Positions 9,875-20,295 of a stretch of 64,000 nucleotides of DNA are shown in pieces (the stretch's first letter is position 1; each line of letters begins with the position of its first letter). The stretch comes from an uncultured Lachnospiraceae bacterium (GTDB taxonomy: Bacteria > Bacillota > Clostridia > Lachnospirales > Lachnospiraceae). Below the pieces are notes generated by a model that saw only the letters and a list, made by a program, of their open reading frames with translations, did no database searches and had not been told where the DNA came from. A program made the position numbers and the translations under genes. The DNA lies in NCBI GenBank assembly GCA_949742505.1, contig CATJPU010000179.1, forward strand, positions 2,484 to 66,483, written 5' to 3'.

Positions 9875-12202
9875 CTATTTTGATAAAATGCGAATAACTT
9901 CGCTCTTATCTGCCGCTGAAAGTATTTGTTCCACATTCTCTTTTTTGCCAAGCTTCAATACAAGCTCCTTAATTCTGGCAGCGTCTTTGGGCGGTTTTTC
10001 TTGCGGGACCAGAAATACCAGTATCAGCCTGACCATTCTTACTCTGTCTGGATAAGTCTTCTCTCTGGCCCAGTCCACTGAAGCTTTCAAACGGACAAGA
10101 AAAACAATTGTTTCATCAATTTCTCCGGTAACTCTGTGAACCAGCGCGGTCCCATTTCCAATCCCGGTAAAGGCTTCCGTCTCTCTCTCCCACAACAGGT
10201 TTTTCAGATGTTTTCTGCTTCTCTGTATTTGCGGATGCTTTCTCACAATCAGGCCGCTTAAAAGCTCCATCAGCTCTTCCTTCGTCTCGCACTGAATATC
10301 CATATAAATATCGTCTTCTCCAAGCGCCCCGGGACACTCTGTCTTCCCGCCCGGATTTTTCAGCAGCCTGACAATCTCTTTCTTATCTCCTCCGGCGAGC
10401 ATGCCATTCAGCAATTCCTCATCCAGCGCCATCCGGTAATATTCTGCCAGGAGCTTTACCATTTTCTCCCTGTCTGTTTCAAAGATATATCCTGTAACTT
10501 TATCCCTGAACGAATCAATAAAAAGAGCCGTCCCTTTCCTTTCTTCACTTTTCCATATGGAAATTCCAAATCTTTTCTGCAAATCCTCTTCTAAGTAGAG
10601 TTTCCCTATCCCGGAAGGCTTCCGGTTCCGAAAAATAAATTCCTCGGTCTGCGCCGCCAGAACTTGCGGATACCCTGCCGTCTTCTTCTGCTCTGCCAGA
10701 TAGATTCCGTTCCGGATTGCCGCAATATCGCCGTCCATCAGAAAGGAGGATACCAGCAGATATGGAACGCCTGCCACATCCAGAGGAACCGTCGAAATCA
10801 CAAAATCAATCCCTGTCATATCAATTTCCCGCAGCCTTCTCGAAGATATCACATCGTGAATCCTGATATTTGGAAATTCCTGCGCAAGCCTTGCCCCCAG
10901 AAGCTGAGACGTCCCAAATCCACTGTGGCAGACCACCAGCACCGTAACCGGGGACGTCTGTCTTACGAGCATTGTCTGATAATAAATCGCAAGATTAGCG
11001 CTTTCATCTACGCTAATCGGCGGCAGATGAAAGTCTTCCGAGATGAACCGGCAGGCAATCTGACAGACCCCAATCATCTGCGGATAGTTCTCTAACATCT
11101 CCTCCAGAAATGGATTCGCTATCTTAATACGATATTCCAGCCGGTTTAACAGCGGCTTAATATGCATCAGCAACCCCGCCATCAGCGACGCCTCTCTGGG
11201 AAAACGAATATTCAGTATTCTGGAAACATACTCTGTCAGCGTCTCGGCTACCAGACCGCTTCGTTCACTCTTCATCTTCTCATTCCAGGCTGTCCGTCCA
11301 TGGGTTGTAAGGGAACAAATATACTGATAGATATACTCTGTCTCCTCCTCTCCGATATCAATGCCGTACCGCTCCCATATTCTGCGTGCAATCTTCTCTG
11401 CGCCGGCATATCGTTCCGGTTCGGTTCGGCCGGGATATCCTGTTTCTGACTTCTCCACACGTTTTCCGGAGCGTACTCTCTGAATACAAATTAAAATATG
11501 CGTCAGAAGATTCTTATAATAGACGTCGCTCATCTCAAGCTTTTCCGATAATTGAATTTCTTCCAGCAATTCCGTAACAAACATAATGTCCTCCGGATGA
11601 AAGATGTCCAGCAAATTCTGTAACGTGGCCTCATCCAGACGAACTAGTTCGCTGTATGTACATATGGCCGGAGTGTTTGGACGCGATACTTCCCTGTGAA
11701 GCAGCGAGGTAATTGCCTCCCGGATATTCTCCTCTTTTCCGGATACTCTTGTTCCGCGATTGTTTTTTTCCAATTTTATTCCAAATGGACGAAGCCATTC
11801 TTCCACCGCTTTCAAATCATTCACGATGCTTGTCTTTCCCACATAAAACTTATCGGCAAGCCTTTGAATCGATGTATACTGCTCCGATGCCAGTAAAAGC
11901 CCCTTGGTAATCTCAGCCTTTCTTTCCCCGGAACTAACCAAAGCGCCTCTCATTTCTCCGCGAAGCTGATTGCGAAAATCCATATTTTCTTTTATATTAC
12001 CGGATATACAAATTCCTTTTCCTGTTTTTCCAATAATTTTCCCCTCAAACTTCCCAAGATACGCGCCAAGCAGCTTCATATCCCCTTTTAAAGTCTTTGT
12101 TGAAACATTCAGTTTTTCTGCAAAATAGCGAATAGGAACAAAATCTGTCTCTTTTATCAGCAGTTCTAGAAATTTCCTCTGTCTATTATTTAAGTTTTCC
12201 AT
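9875..12202 (-). CDS. BglG/MtlR/LicR-type PRD transcriptional regulator with EIIB and EIIA domains
   Basis: N-terminal HTHs, two PRDs (LLTHIL, LLMHIK), VCHSGFGTSQL EIIB, ERE...TGIGNGTALVH EIIA. Confidence 0.9.
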   Translation of the reverse strand: MENLNNRQRKFLELLIKETDFVPIRYFAEKLNVSTKTLKGDMKLLGAYLGKFEGKIIGKTGKGICISGNIKENMDFRNQLRGEMRGALVSSGERKAEITKGLLLASEQYTSIQRLADKFYVGKTSIVNDLKAVEEWLRPFGIKLEKNNRGTRVSGKEENIREAITSLLHREVSRPNTPAICTYSELVRLDEATLQNLLDIFHPEDIMFVTELLEEIQLSEKLEMSDVYYKNLLTHILICIQRVRSGKRVEKSETGYPGRTEPERYAGAEKIARRIWERYGIDIGEEETEYIYQYICSLTTHGRTAWNEKMKSERSGLVAETLTEYVSRILNIRFPREASLMAGLLMHIKPLLNRLEYRIKIANPFLEEMLENYPQMIGVCQIACRFISEDFHLPPISVDESANLAIYYQTMLVRQTSPVTVLVVCHSGFGTSQLLGARLAQEFPNIRIHDVISSRRLREIDMTGIDFVISTVPLDVAGVPYLLVSSFLMDGDIAAIRNGIYLAEQKKTAGYPQVLAAQTEEFIFRNRKPSGIGKLYLEEDLQKRFGISIWKSEERKGTALFIDSFRDKVTGYIFETDREKMVKLLAEYYRMALDEELLNGMLAGGDKKEIVRLLKNPGGKTECPGALGEDDIYMDIQCETKEELMELLSGLIVRKHPQIQRSRKHLKNLLWERETEAFTGIGNGTALVHRVTGEIDETIVFLVRLKASVDWAREKTYPDRVRMVRLILVFLVPQEKPPKDAARIKELVLKLGKKENVEQILSAADKSEVIRILSK

Positions 12203-12400
12203 ATGCATTTCCCTCAAGGCCTTAAAGTATTGTGCATTCTGTTTACAAATCAAGAATAGCATTCCGCGATATTGTTTAAAATACCAAATAAGTTCCCTAA
12301 TGATAGGGCAAAAAAGATACTTGCCACCGGATTCAATCTGCTGTTTCCAAACCCCTCGTGAACAATAATAGCAAATAATTGGTTTTTTACAATTTTATAT

Positions 12401-12429
12401 TGCTTATTTCCAATTTATTTGTTATATTG
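12401..12429 (+). promoter_or_regulatory. Putative sigma-A promoter for the second PTS operon
   Basis: TTGCTT-17-TATATT with TG extended -10 (coordinates approximate). Confidence 0.5.
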
Positions 12430-12495
12430 TAACAAACAAGTTGTTAATAAGCAACAAAAAAGTGAAATTATTTACAAAAAGGAGGAAGTAAAACC

Positions 12496-12801
12496 ATGAA
12501 ACGTATTTTATTTGTATGCGGAACCGGAGGCATCACTTCTGCTATCGCCGAAAAGAAAGTCGCCGACACCTGCAAAGACGCAGGCATTCCGGTAACCACC
12601 GTCAGATGCATTCCCACCAGCGTCTCTTCGAATCTGGACAATATTGATCTGATTGTGACCACCACGTTTCTAAGCGGCAATTATCCGGTGGAAGTAGTCA
12701 ACGCCCTTAGTCTCATCACCGGAATTGGCGCTGACGCCGTTCTGGATACCATCATTCACAAACTGAAGACAAATACCCCTCGGCAAACCAACGGGAAATA
12801 A
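12496..12801 (+). CDS. PTS galactitol-family EIIB, copy 2
   Basis: ILFVCGTGGITS; AGGAGG RBS. Confidence 0.9.
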   Translation: MKRILFVCGTGGITSAIAEKKVADTCKDAGIPVTTVRCIPTSVSSNLDNIDLIVTTTFLSGNYPVEVVNALSLITGIGADAVLDTIIHKLKTNTPRQTNGK

Positions 12802-12815
12802 AGGAGGAATACACG

Positions 12816-14075
12816 ATGTTTATGCAGATTATTCATTTTATCATGGACGCCGGGTCGTCTGTTTTCATGCCGATCATTATCTTTGTACTGGGTCTTGTCT
12901 TTGGTTTAAAACCCTCAAAGTCCTTTGGCGCCGGTATTACGGTGGGGATTGGATTTGTCGGCATCAATCTGGTCATCGAACTTCTGGCGAACAATCTGAT
13001 GGTCGTTATCGACCAGTTGGTTGAACTGTACAATTTTAAGCTGACCGCCGTTGATGTGGGCTGGCCCATTGCCGCCAGCATCGCATGGTCCGGCGGGGCG
13101 GTCGTCCCGGTAATTCTGGCGGCGGTATTTGTAATGAATATCCTGCTCGTCGTCACAGGATTTACCAAAACTCTGGACATTGATATCTGGAATTACTGGC
13201 AGCCTCTGTTCATCGGAGGCGCCCTATACTTATTAAGCGGCAATTTTATTCTCTCTGTCATTGCAGCCTGTCTGTCCATGGCAATTATTTTTAAAGTTGC
13301 AGACTTCTCACAGCCCTATGTTGAGGAATTTTTCGGGATTCCCGGAGTCTCTATTCCCCATATTGAATCCACCGGCTGGGCGCTGCTTTGCATTCCGCTG
13401 AACAAACTGATTGACCGGATACCGATCATCGGCAAAATCGACCTAACACCGGAAAAAATCCAGAAAAAGCTGGGAATCTTAGGCGAACCCTATATCCTGG
13501 GCCTGTTTATCGGCGCCATCCTCGCCCTGATCGCCCGGGTAGACGCCACAACCGTAATGAATACGGCAATCGTTACTGCCGCAGCCATGTTTATCCTTCC
13601 GAAAATGATTGGTATCCTCATGGAAGGACTGATGCCGGTCACCTCCGCTGCCTCTGAATTTATGCAGAAGAAGTTCCATGGCTGCGAAGTCTACATAGGA
13701 CTGGATGCGGCCGTCGTGGTAGGTCATCCATCTATTATTGCCACAGCCCTGCTTTTAATACCTACAACGCTGATTCTGGCTGTTATTCTTCCCGGGAATG
13801 TGACACTGCCGCTGGCAGAATTAAGCGGCCTGACCTTTTTCACCGTATGGGCCGTAGTCCCCTCAAAAGGAAATGTGTTCCGGGGCTGGCTCATCGGCAC
13901 TTTCATTATGACGGCCGTCCTGCTGATTTCCTCTGACTACGCGCCGGTTATGACATCACTGGGAAACAGCGTAGGATACCAGTTCCCGGAAGGCGCAGGG
14001 CAGGTTACCTGCCTCTCCATCGGCTCCCAGTGGGTATCTTGGATTATTTACAAATTATTTTCATTATTCATCTAA
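12816..14075 (+). CDS. PTS galactitol-family EIIC, copy 2
   Basis: AVDVGWP, TKTLDIDIWNYWQ, YIGLDAAVVVGHP. Confidence 0.92.
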   Translation: MFMQIIHFIMDAGSSVFMPIIIFVLGLVFGLKPSKSFGAGITVGIGFVGINLVIELLANNLMVVIDQLVELYNFKLTAVDVGWPIAASIAWSGGAVVPVILAAVFVMNILLVVTGFTKTLDIDIWNYWQPLFIGGALYLLSGNFILSVIAACLSMAIIFKVADFSQPYVEEFFGIPGVSIPHIESTGWALLCIPLNKLIDRIPIIGKIDLTPEKIQKKLGILGEPYILGLFIGAILALIARVDATTVMNTAIVTAAAMFILPKMIGILMEGLMPVTSAASEFMQKKFHGCEVYIGLDAAVVVGHPSIIATALLLIPTTLILAVILPGNVTLPLAELSGLTFFTVWAVVPSKGNVFRGWLIGTFIMTAVLLISSDYAPVMTSLGNSVGYQFPEGAGQVTCLSIGSQWVSWIIYKLFSLFI

Positions 14076-14129
14076 TATAATTTTCATCCGCACAGGCGGA
14101 ACAATTTTAAAAGCAAAGGGGAAACTATT

Positions 14130-14633
14130 ATGGACAACAAAGAACTTTTTATAAAACCTGCCGACACTGACGCAGAATTTCATAACAGCGCGCTGCTGCT
14201 GAGCCGGAACGAACCCTGGCTCAGCCTTGGCCGATCTTTCGATTACACCATGGGCAAAATCCGCAATGATAACGATGACTTATATGTCGTATATCAGGGA
14301 GATGAACTGGCAGGCTGTATTCTGATTGAACTTCATGGAACGCTGAAGGGATTTATCCGGTCATTCTGTATTGACCCGAAATTCCAGGGTATGAAAATCG
14401 GAAGCAGAGTCCTTGCTTACATAGAGAAGATTATCTTTGAAGATTATCCCAATGTTTTTGTGTTTGCAGCCTCCTTTAACGAAGGAGCCGTTCGCTTTTA
14501 TGAGCGTAACGGGTATGAAAGAATTGGGATTTTTAAAAATTATGTGGAGGAAGGCAGCGACGAAATACTGTTCCGCAAGACGATTGGCGCATCTAACAGT
14601 TTTCACAAGCAGCATCCGAAGGTTGCTGTATAA
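14130..14633 (+). CDS. GNAT-family N-acetyltransferase
   Basis: FCIDPKFQGMKIG AcCoA motif, NEGAVRFYERNGY. Confidence 0.88.
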   Translation: MDNKELFIKPADTDAEFHNSALLLSRNEPWLSLGRSFDYTMGKIRNDNDDLYVVYQGDELAGCILIELHGTLKGFIRSFCIDPKFQGMKIGSRVLAYIEKIIFEDYPNVFVFAASFNEGAVRFYERNGYERIGIFKNYVEEGSDEILFRKTIGASNSFHKQHPKVAV

Positions 14634-14756
14634 AGGATTCTGAAACATACCTTTCCATCACGCACAGATACGCTTAAAGCAGATTCCCTTCCGTTATTAC
14701 CACGAATTTTTTCCGCAAAAAAGGCGCATGATTTTACCATTTCATGCGCCTGATTA

Positions 14757-14785
14757 TTGTTCACAACCCGTTTTTTTGGTATACT
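14757..14785 (+). promoter_or_regulatory. Sigma-A promoter of the DeoR regulator
   Basis: TTGTTC-17-TATACT with an upstream TG. Confidence 0.6.
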
Positions 14786-14831
14786 GTAAAAAGAGCCCTA
14801 TACCAGAATAAAAGAAAGTCAGGAATTTTCT

Positions 14832-15617
14832 ATGAACTCCAGTAACAAAATGATCCTTCGCCGGGAACAGATTATGAATATCATACGCAGGTCTCCGATT
14901 ACCACCGTTAATCAGCTTGCGCATGAGCTTTGCGTTTCAAAAGAGACAATCCGTAAAGACATCCAGTATCTGGCTGAGCGCGATCTGATTCTCCGCATCC
15001 ATGGCGGCGTTTCCCCTAAGGAAATCAGCGTAATGGAACCTACTTACAGCAGTCGTTCCACGCATAATCTGGAGACAAAGCAGCGCATTGCGGCGGCGGC
15101 ATTTGAGACAATCTGTCCGGGAGAATCCATTTTGTTAGAAAGCGGAACTACGGTTCAGGAACTGGCCAGGCTTCTGGTGCAGGATACCGCCCTCTTAAAT
15201 TCTCTTTGCGTCATTACGCTGTCTTTTCATATCATGGAGATTTTCAAGGACAGTACGATTGATAAACTTTATTTTCTTGGAGGACGCGTCCGTAAAAATG
15301 ATATGATTACCTACGGGCATTATGCTTTATCCATGCTGCAGGACTTTCATATTGATAAGGCTTTTATAGGCGCTGCGGCAATTGATAATAGCTTAACGAT
15401 TACCGACTATTTTGACGAAGAAGTCCATCTGCGGCGGCAGATTATCTCTGCTTCCGATGAAACCGTTCTCTTAATCGACAGCTCTAAGATGAACAAAACC
15501 GCTTTTTTCACGATTTGCAGTCTGGACGAAATCCGGCAGGTAATCACAGACGCGGCCTGCCCCCGGGAAATGACAGAGTTATTCGCTCAGAGAAATATTT
15601 CATATACACTGGCATAG
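14832..15617 (+). CDS. DeoR/GlpR-family transcriptional regulator (SgcR-like)
   Basis: VSKETIRKDI HTH, RIHGG, ESGTT, DSSK. Confidence 0.93.
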   Translation: MNSSNKMILRREQIMNIIRRSPITTVNQLAHELCVSKETIRKDIQYLAERDLILRIHGGVSPKEISVMEPTYSSRSTHNLETKQRIAAAAFETICPGESILLESGTTVQELARLLVQDTALLNSLCVITLSFHIMEIFKDSTIDKLYFLGGRVRKNDMITYGHYALSMLQDFHIDKAFIGAAAIDNSLTITDYFDEEVHLRRQIISASDETVLLIDSSKMNKTAFFTICSLDEIRQVITDAACPREMTELFAQRNISYTLA

Positions 15618-15879
15618 ATTTACTTGTATGCAAGGTCCGAACAACCTGTTTTTCAGAATAGCCAAGACGAACCGCAAACAACCGGGAATTTATTATACGA
15701 TTTCTGGCTGTTTGTTGTAATTTGTACTGCAATACCATATGACAAAGAGCAACGGTCAAAACAGTCTCGCAGAGATTCTCAATCCCATCCTTATACTCAG
15801 GGTTTTGCCGCAGCAAAGTATGCGCCACCCACTGCTCCGGAAATAATCCAAGAAATTCCGGCTCTGCCCGGATACAGCA

Positions 15880-16110
15880 GATAGTTTCCAGTTCTCTCCC
15901 GTCGCAGAGGGCACATTGATTCTTGCTCTGTTATCATACCCCGGCCAGTCTGGCAGCGGTATCACGCACCGTCTGGCCACGCTTGCCATCGCCGTACAGA
16001 CAAGAGGAACATACATCCCCTCATCCGGGCGGTAATCTTCGCACAGATATTCCCTGAGCATCTGCCTTTCTTCTTCCTTAAGACCTTCACAGAACCACCC
16101 GGTAGCCGTC
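15880..16110 (-). pseudogene. C-terminal fragment of 4-alpha-glucanotransferase (MalQ-like)
   Basis: TGWF...AMASVARRCVIPLPDWPGYDNRARINVPSATGENWK resembles the GH77 C-terminus; the rest of the gene is absent. Confidence 0.7.
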
Positions 16111-16122
16111 GCCTTCGCTGTT

Positions 16123-16404
16123 TCAATCAGCAGCGATGCTATTAATATTTTTCATAGCCGTATATTTATCCACATAATTCCCGACATTGTATCCATTTAA
16201 TATATTAACCGCCTCTACCTCTGAAACATCGTATTTTTGCATTAATTCCAGAGTAAGCTGACGCATAGTTCCGGTTATTTCTCCAGATGCTTTTTTACAG
16301 GCTTCCGCCCGTTTCCTGTATTCCTTCACCACTTCCCATGTCAGCCAGTCGCCTTTATGCTTCATACTCTTTTGTTTCAGCCATTTAATATAATCCGAGT
16401 TCAT
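16123..16404 (-). CDS. Hypothetical protein, 93 aa
   Basis: GAGGTG RBS, plausible composition, no recognised motif. Confidence 0.6.
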   Translation of the reverse strand: MNSDYIKWLKQKSMKHKGDWLTWEVVKEYRKRAEACKKASGEITGTMRQLTLELMQKYDVSEVEAVNILNGYNVGNYVDKYTAMKNINSIAAD

Positions 16405-16486
16405 CTTCCCACCTCATGGAACAAAAATGTGCTTTGCATACCTCTTTTGCCGCATTGAGATTAAGTATATCACATTTTTCTAATAT

Positions 16487-17854
16487 CTAAAAGTCAGAAA
16501 TCACTCCGATTGCCGGTGCTGGTCTGAACGCGTTTGCCGTCTTGTCCAGAATAACCTGTTCTTCTCTTCCCGTATCAAGCACTGTATTCTGTACCGCCTC
16601 TTTCTCCACCAGTACAGTAATAACTTCAAGCTCCTCCAACTCCTTAACTGTCAGCAACGCGTCCACCTGCCTTGCAAAGCAGGAATCCGTCTCTGCATCC
16701 GGCTGCTCCGCCTCTCCGGCGCTGGCCACAATATGATTATTGGAAATATAATTTCCTTTCCCCGACACCACATGTATCATGACAGGCTTCGCCCCCTCCG
16801 GCTGAATAAACTGCCGTTCTATGACTTCCGAAATATGATTGGCCATTACGCTGTTGTAGCTGCCGTTAATCTGCACAAGACCATACAAGTCATCTAAGCC
16901 ATTATCATGCATTTGCATCGGAGGCCAGGGCTCATGGTCCCGCAGCAGATGATTCGACGCAATCAGATTCTCAGAGCAATTTCCTTCCAATATTATCATC
17001 CCCGGATAGAAAGAATGCAGTCTATTGCCCGTAATGGAAGAACGCGCCACGTGTTCAAAGTATACGCTGCCCGCCCCTCGGGGAAATACATTATTAGCGG
17101 CAACCAGCAAGCCTGCGAATTTTTGAGCGTAGATAGAATGTCCTCTATATCCGGCGCCTATCAGGTTATTCGTAATTTTGGATGCCTGTCCCCAGCCCCG
17201 AAGTTCAATACAATTTCCGCATTCGGCAATAAAATTATCATGGATACTCAGCGCATCCGCATGATACATCGTAATCCCATGCTCCAAATAAATCATTCCC
17301 ATACCGGTAATCCGAAAAGAATCGTTGGCGCTGGCCGCATATATTCCCGTCTTCCCATTTACATAAGTATTTTCCGGATTACCGCTCCCCGTACCATAAT
17401 TCACAAAATGCAAACCGTCAATACAAAAGCCCTCAAATTCAACCGAACTGATTCTTGGATTTCCGTCACGCTGAATATAAAATGCAGCTCCCGCACTTTC
17501 TTCATTATCATGCGCCGCAGGGATATCCACCAGTATCCGGCTTCCCCCCGGCCACACCTCATGCCAGTCCGCCCATTCGCTCTCTGGCGTGTTAAAACGA
17601 ATGCTGGAAGAGGTAAATCCATGCCCGGAGCCCAGAATCTTCAGATAGCTGATATCAATCACTACCTGAGTAACAAGATGATAATCTCCGGAAGGAATAT
17701 AGATAACCGCTCCCGGCTTCCCCCCTTCATTCCGGTCTATGTCCCTCTGCCTGCTTTTGATATCCGCAAGAATACTATTGATCACTTCCCCGATATCCTC
17801 ATAAGGATTGCCGGCAGGCCACTTTGTCACATCGTAATAATTATTTACAACCAT
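16487..17854 (-). CDS. GH91 beta-helix inulin fructotransferase / difructose anhydride hydrolase, cytoplasmic
   Basis: YDVTKW..GNPYEDIGEVINSI..DIK, GKPGAVIYIPSGDY, GSGHGFTSSSIRFN, ECGNCIEL; no signal peptide. Confidence 0.85.
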   Translation of the reverse strand: MVVNNYYDVTKWPAGNPYEDIGEVINSILADIKSRQRDIDRNEGGKPGAVIYIPSGDYHLVTQVVIDISYLKILGSGHGFTSSSIRFNTPESEWADWHEVWPGGSRILVDIPAAHDNEESAGAAFYIQRDGNPRISSVEFEGFCIDGLHFVNYGTGSGNPENTYVNGKTGIYAASANDSFRITGMGMIYLEHGITMYHADALSIHDNFIAECGNCIELRGWGQASKITNNLIGAGYRGHSIYAQKFAGLLVAANNVFPRGAGSVYFEHVARSSITGNRLHSFYPGMIILEGNCSENLIASNHLLRDHEPWPPMQMHDNGLDDLYGLVQINGSYNSVMANHISEVIERQFIQPEGAKPVMIHVVSGKGNYISNNHIVASAGEAEQPDAETDSCFARQVDALLTVKELEELEVITVLVEKEAVQNTVLDTGREEQVILDKTANAFRPAPAIGVISDF

Positions 17855-17874
17855 GATTCTTCCTCCTCATAAAT

Positions 17875-19410
17875 TCAGCGTTCTATCATTATTAATTCCG
17901 GCATAAATTTGTCCTGCAGACACACTCTAGAAAAGCACTCTTCAAGTCCCCATGCCTCATATTCTTTGATTATCGCTTTGCCTCCATATGCACGAATCTT
18001 TATCTGGTTCTGCGCGTCTGTAGCAAATATATTATTTGAATGATTATTCTGATACCGGTCTGTAAATATCTCAAGACTGCTCTGATCCGATAAAATATGT
18101 ACGTCCAGTTCCTTTTTCCCTTTCAGATACATCACACTTCTCGAAACTCCTCTGCTCCACCCGTCCGACTCATTCCTGTCTACGCTAAGCTCTGCTTTTT
18201 TTATATCAAACAGACATACTGTCTTCCTCCCTTCGCCGCAGCGCAAAGTAAGCTCCAGTCTATCCGCGTCTGTTCGTTCCAAATCAACTTTAAACTTCAG
18301 TTCAAAACATATGCCGTCCCCGGCTGTCAATTCTGTCTCTTCTTCCGTTACGCAAAAGCGCCTTTCCTCCTTCGGATCTTTTCGTATCGTCTGCAGTTCA
18401 TTTATCGGAAGAAACTGCAAACTACCGTCCTCCGTCATACGTACCTCTCTCGGAATGTTAAAGAATCCGCACCAGCCCTCCCGATAGGTCGGTCCCCAGT
18501 CTTTCCACAGCGGCATCCACTCCCACTCGTTAGCCCATCCCACAATGATTCTTCTGCCATCCGGCGCTAAGAAAGATTGCGGCGCATAATAATCAAATCC
18601 CCAGTCAATCTCTCCGCTGATATGCGAATAGAATCTGCCTGTCTCATAATCAAAATCTCCAACCAGATACACTGAGGTATGCTCTCCTGAACCCATTGGA
18701 GAAAACATCAGCACATACTTATCGCCCATAGGATAGAAATCCGTACACTCCCACATATATCCCCACTCACCGCGACTCTCAGCCATCACGTTGAAGAAGC
18801 TCCAGTGAAGCATATCCTCCGACTTATAAAGCAGCGCCTGTCCTCTGCCATCGCAGCTTCCGCCGCACACCATATAATACATATCCTCATGCTTCCATAC
18901 TTTCGGGTCCCGAAACTGGTCTCTTGCCACTCCTTCCGGAGCAGTCAGCACCGGATTCCCCTCATATTTTTCAAAATGTACGCCGTCTTCGCTATACGCA
19001 ATGCACTGAGTCTGTTCATAGCCTTTCCCATTATGGGTTGTCCCTGTAAACATTAAAAATAATTTCTCGTCATGTTCAATGGCGCTTCCGGAAAAACATC
19101 CTCCCCGCATATGGTCATCATACTGCTCGCTGGGCGCCAGTGCAAGGGGCAGATACTCCCAATGGAGCATGTCTTCACTTACCGCATGACCCCAGTGCAT
19201 ATAATCCCAAAATCCATAATAAGGATTATGTTGGAAGAAAAAATGATATTTTCCCTTATAATAAATCAATCCGTTTGGGTCGTTCAGCCAGCCGGTCTCC
19301 GCCATAAAATGATAGCGCTGGCGCATCCTTCCCATTTTGACGATATCTTTCTTTTTTTCTATTTCCTTCTGAGCCTTTGCAATATTTTCCTGCATTAATT
19401 CTTTCGACAT
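17875..19410 (-). CDS. GH32 beta-fructofuranosidase
   Basis: WLNDPNG, FSGS, FRDPKV, WECTD catalytic motifs. Confidence 0.93.
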   Translation of the reverse strand: MSKELMQENIAKAQKEIEKKKDIVKMGRMRQRYHFMAETGWLNDPNGLIYYKGKYHFFFQHNPYYGFWDYMHWGHAVSEDMLHWEYLPLALAPSEQYDDHMRGGCFSGSAIEHDEKLFLMFTGTTHNGKGYEQTQCIAYSEDGVHFEKYEGNPVLTAPEGVARDQFRDPKVWKHEDMYYMVCGGSCDGRGQALLYKSEDMLHWSFFNVMAESRGEWGYMWECTDFYPMGDKYVLMFSPMGSGEHTSVYLVGDFDYETGRFYSHISGEIDWGFDYYAPQSFLAPDGRRIIVGWANEWEWMPLWKDWGPTYREGWCGFFNIPREVRMTEDGSLQFLPINELQTIRKDPKEERRFCVTEEETELTAGDGICFELKFKVDLERTDADRLELTLRCGEGRKTVCLFDIKKAELSVDRNESDGWSRGVSRSVMYLKGKKELDVHILSDQSSLEIFTDRYQNNHSNNIFATDAQNQIKIRAYGGKAIIKEYEAWGLEECFSRVCLQDKFMPELIMIER

Positions 19411-19442
19411 AAAGCTTCCCCTTTCCAGTAAACGGTAACCTT

Positions 19443-20279
19443 TTATCCCTTCACCGCTCCTGCCGTCATACCGCTTACTATATATTTCTGTGCAGCAAGA
19501 GAAATAATCATAACCGGGAAACTGAACACGAATGCTCCGGCACACATAGGACCTAAATCCAGATTGTACGCAGATAAAAATCCTGCCAGCCCCACAGTGA
19601 ACGTCTTTGCCTTTGTACTAGTAAGGAGCAGCGCAACCAGGAAATCATTCCACGCAAGAAACAACGTGAATATGAATGCTGTCGCAAGTCCCGGAGTACA
19701 AATCGGCAGAATAACCTTCCGAAACGTCTGAAAACTGCTTGCGCCATCCACATATGCTGCTTCGTCCAGAGTCGTAGGGATTCCTTCATAGAAACTCAGC
19801 ATCGTCCACATCACAAATGGCATATTAATCGCTGCATATACAATAATTAATGCGATTTTCGTGTCATACAATCCCAGATTACAGATTAATTCATAAATGG
19901 GAACCACAATACTGGAAGTGGGTATCATTTTCAAACACAGTACTAAAACCACAAGGAACACTGATAATTTCGCTCCCGACCTCTGAATCGCATAGGCTGC
20001 GAGAGAGCCCAAAATCAGAGCAATCACCGTACTGATAACTGCCGCCGATAAGCTGTTAACAAAATACTGCGCCGCATCCATCCGCGCGAACAGTCCCTGG
20101 AAATTTTCTATAGAAAAAACCTTCGGGAAAAATTTGGGAGGCACAGCGATTACCTCAGACCCCTTCTTAAAAGAGCAGCACACAACATAGATGTATGGAA
20201 ACAGCCAGAATGCCGTAAGAATTACAGACAACGCGATTCCGATATTCTTTCCTACGCTTATTTTTTTCTTCATCTTCAT
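19443..20279 (-). CDS. Carbohydrate ABC transporter permease (MalG-like)
   Basis: LDEAAYVDGAS EAA motif, hydrophobic. Confidence 0.93.
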   Translation of the reverse strand: MKMKKKISVGKNIGIALSVILTAFWLFPYIYVVCCSFKKGSEVIAVPPKFFPKVFSIENFQGLFARMDAAQYFVNSLSAAVISTVIALILGSLAAYAIQRSGAKLSVFLVVLVLCLKMIPTSSIVVPIYELICNLGLYDTKIALIIVYAAINMPFVMWTMLSFYEGIPTTLDEAAYVDGASSFQTFRKVILPICTPGLATAFIFTLFLAWNDFLVALLLTSTKAKTFTVGLAGFLSAYNLDLGPMCAGAFVFSFPVMIISLAAQKYIVSGMTAGAVKG

Positions 20280-20295
20280 CCTCCTTATCTTCCGG

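Noticed and set aside
16907-17872. 321-aa plus-strand ORF
   Set aside because: Antisense to the GH91 gene, low-complexity composition
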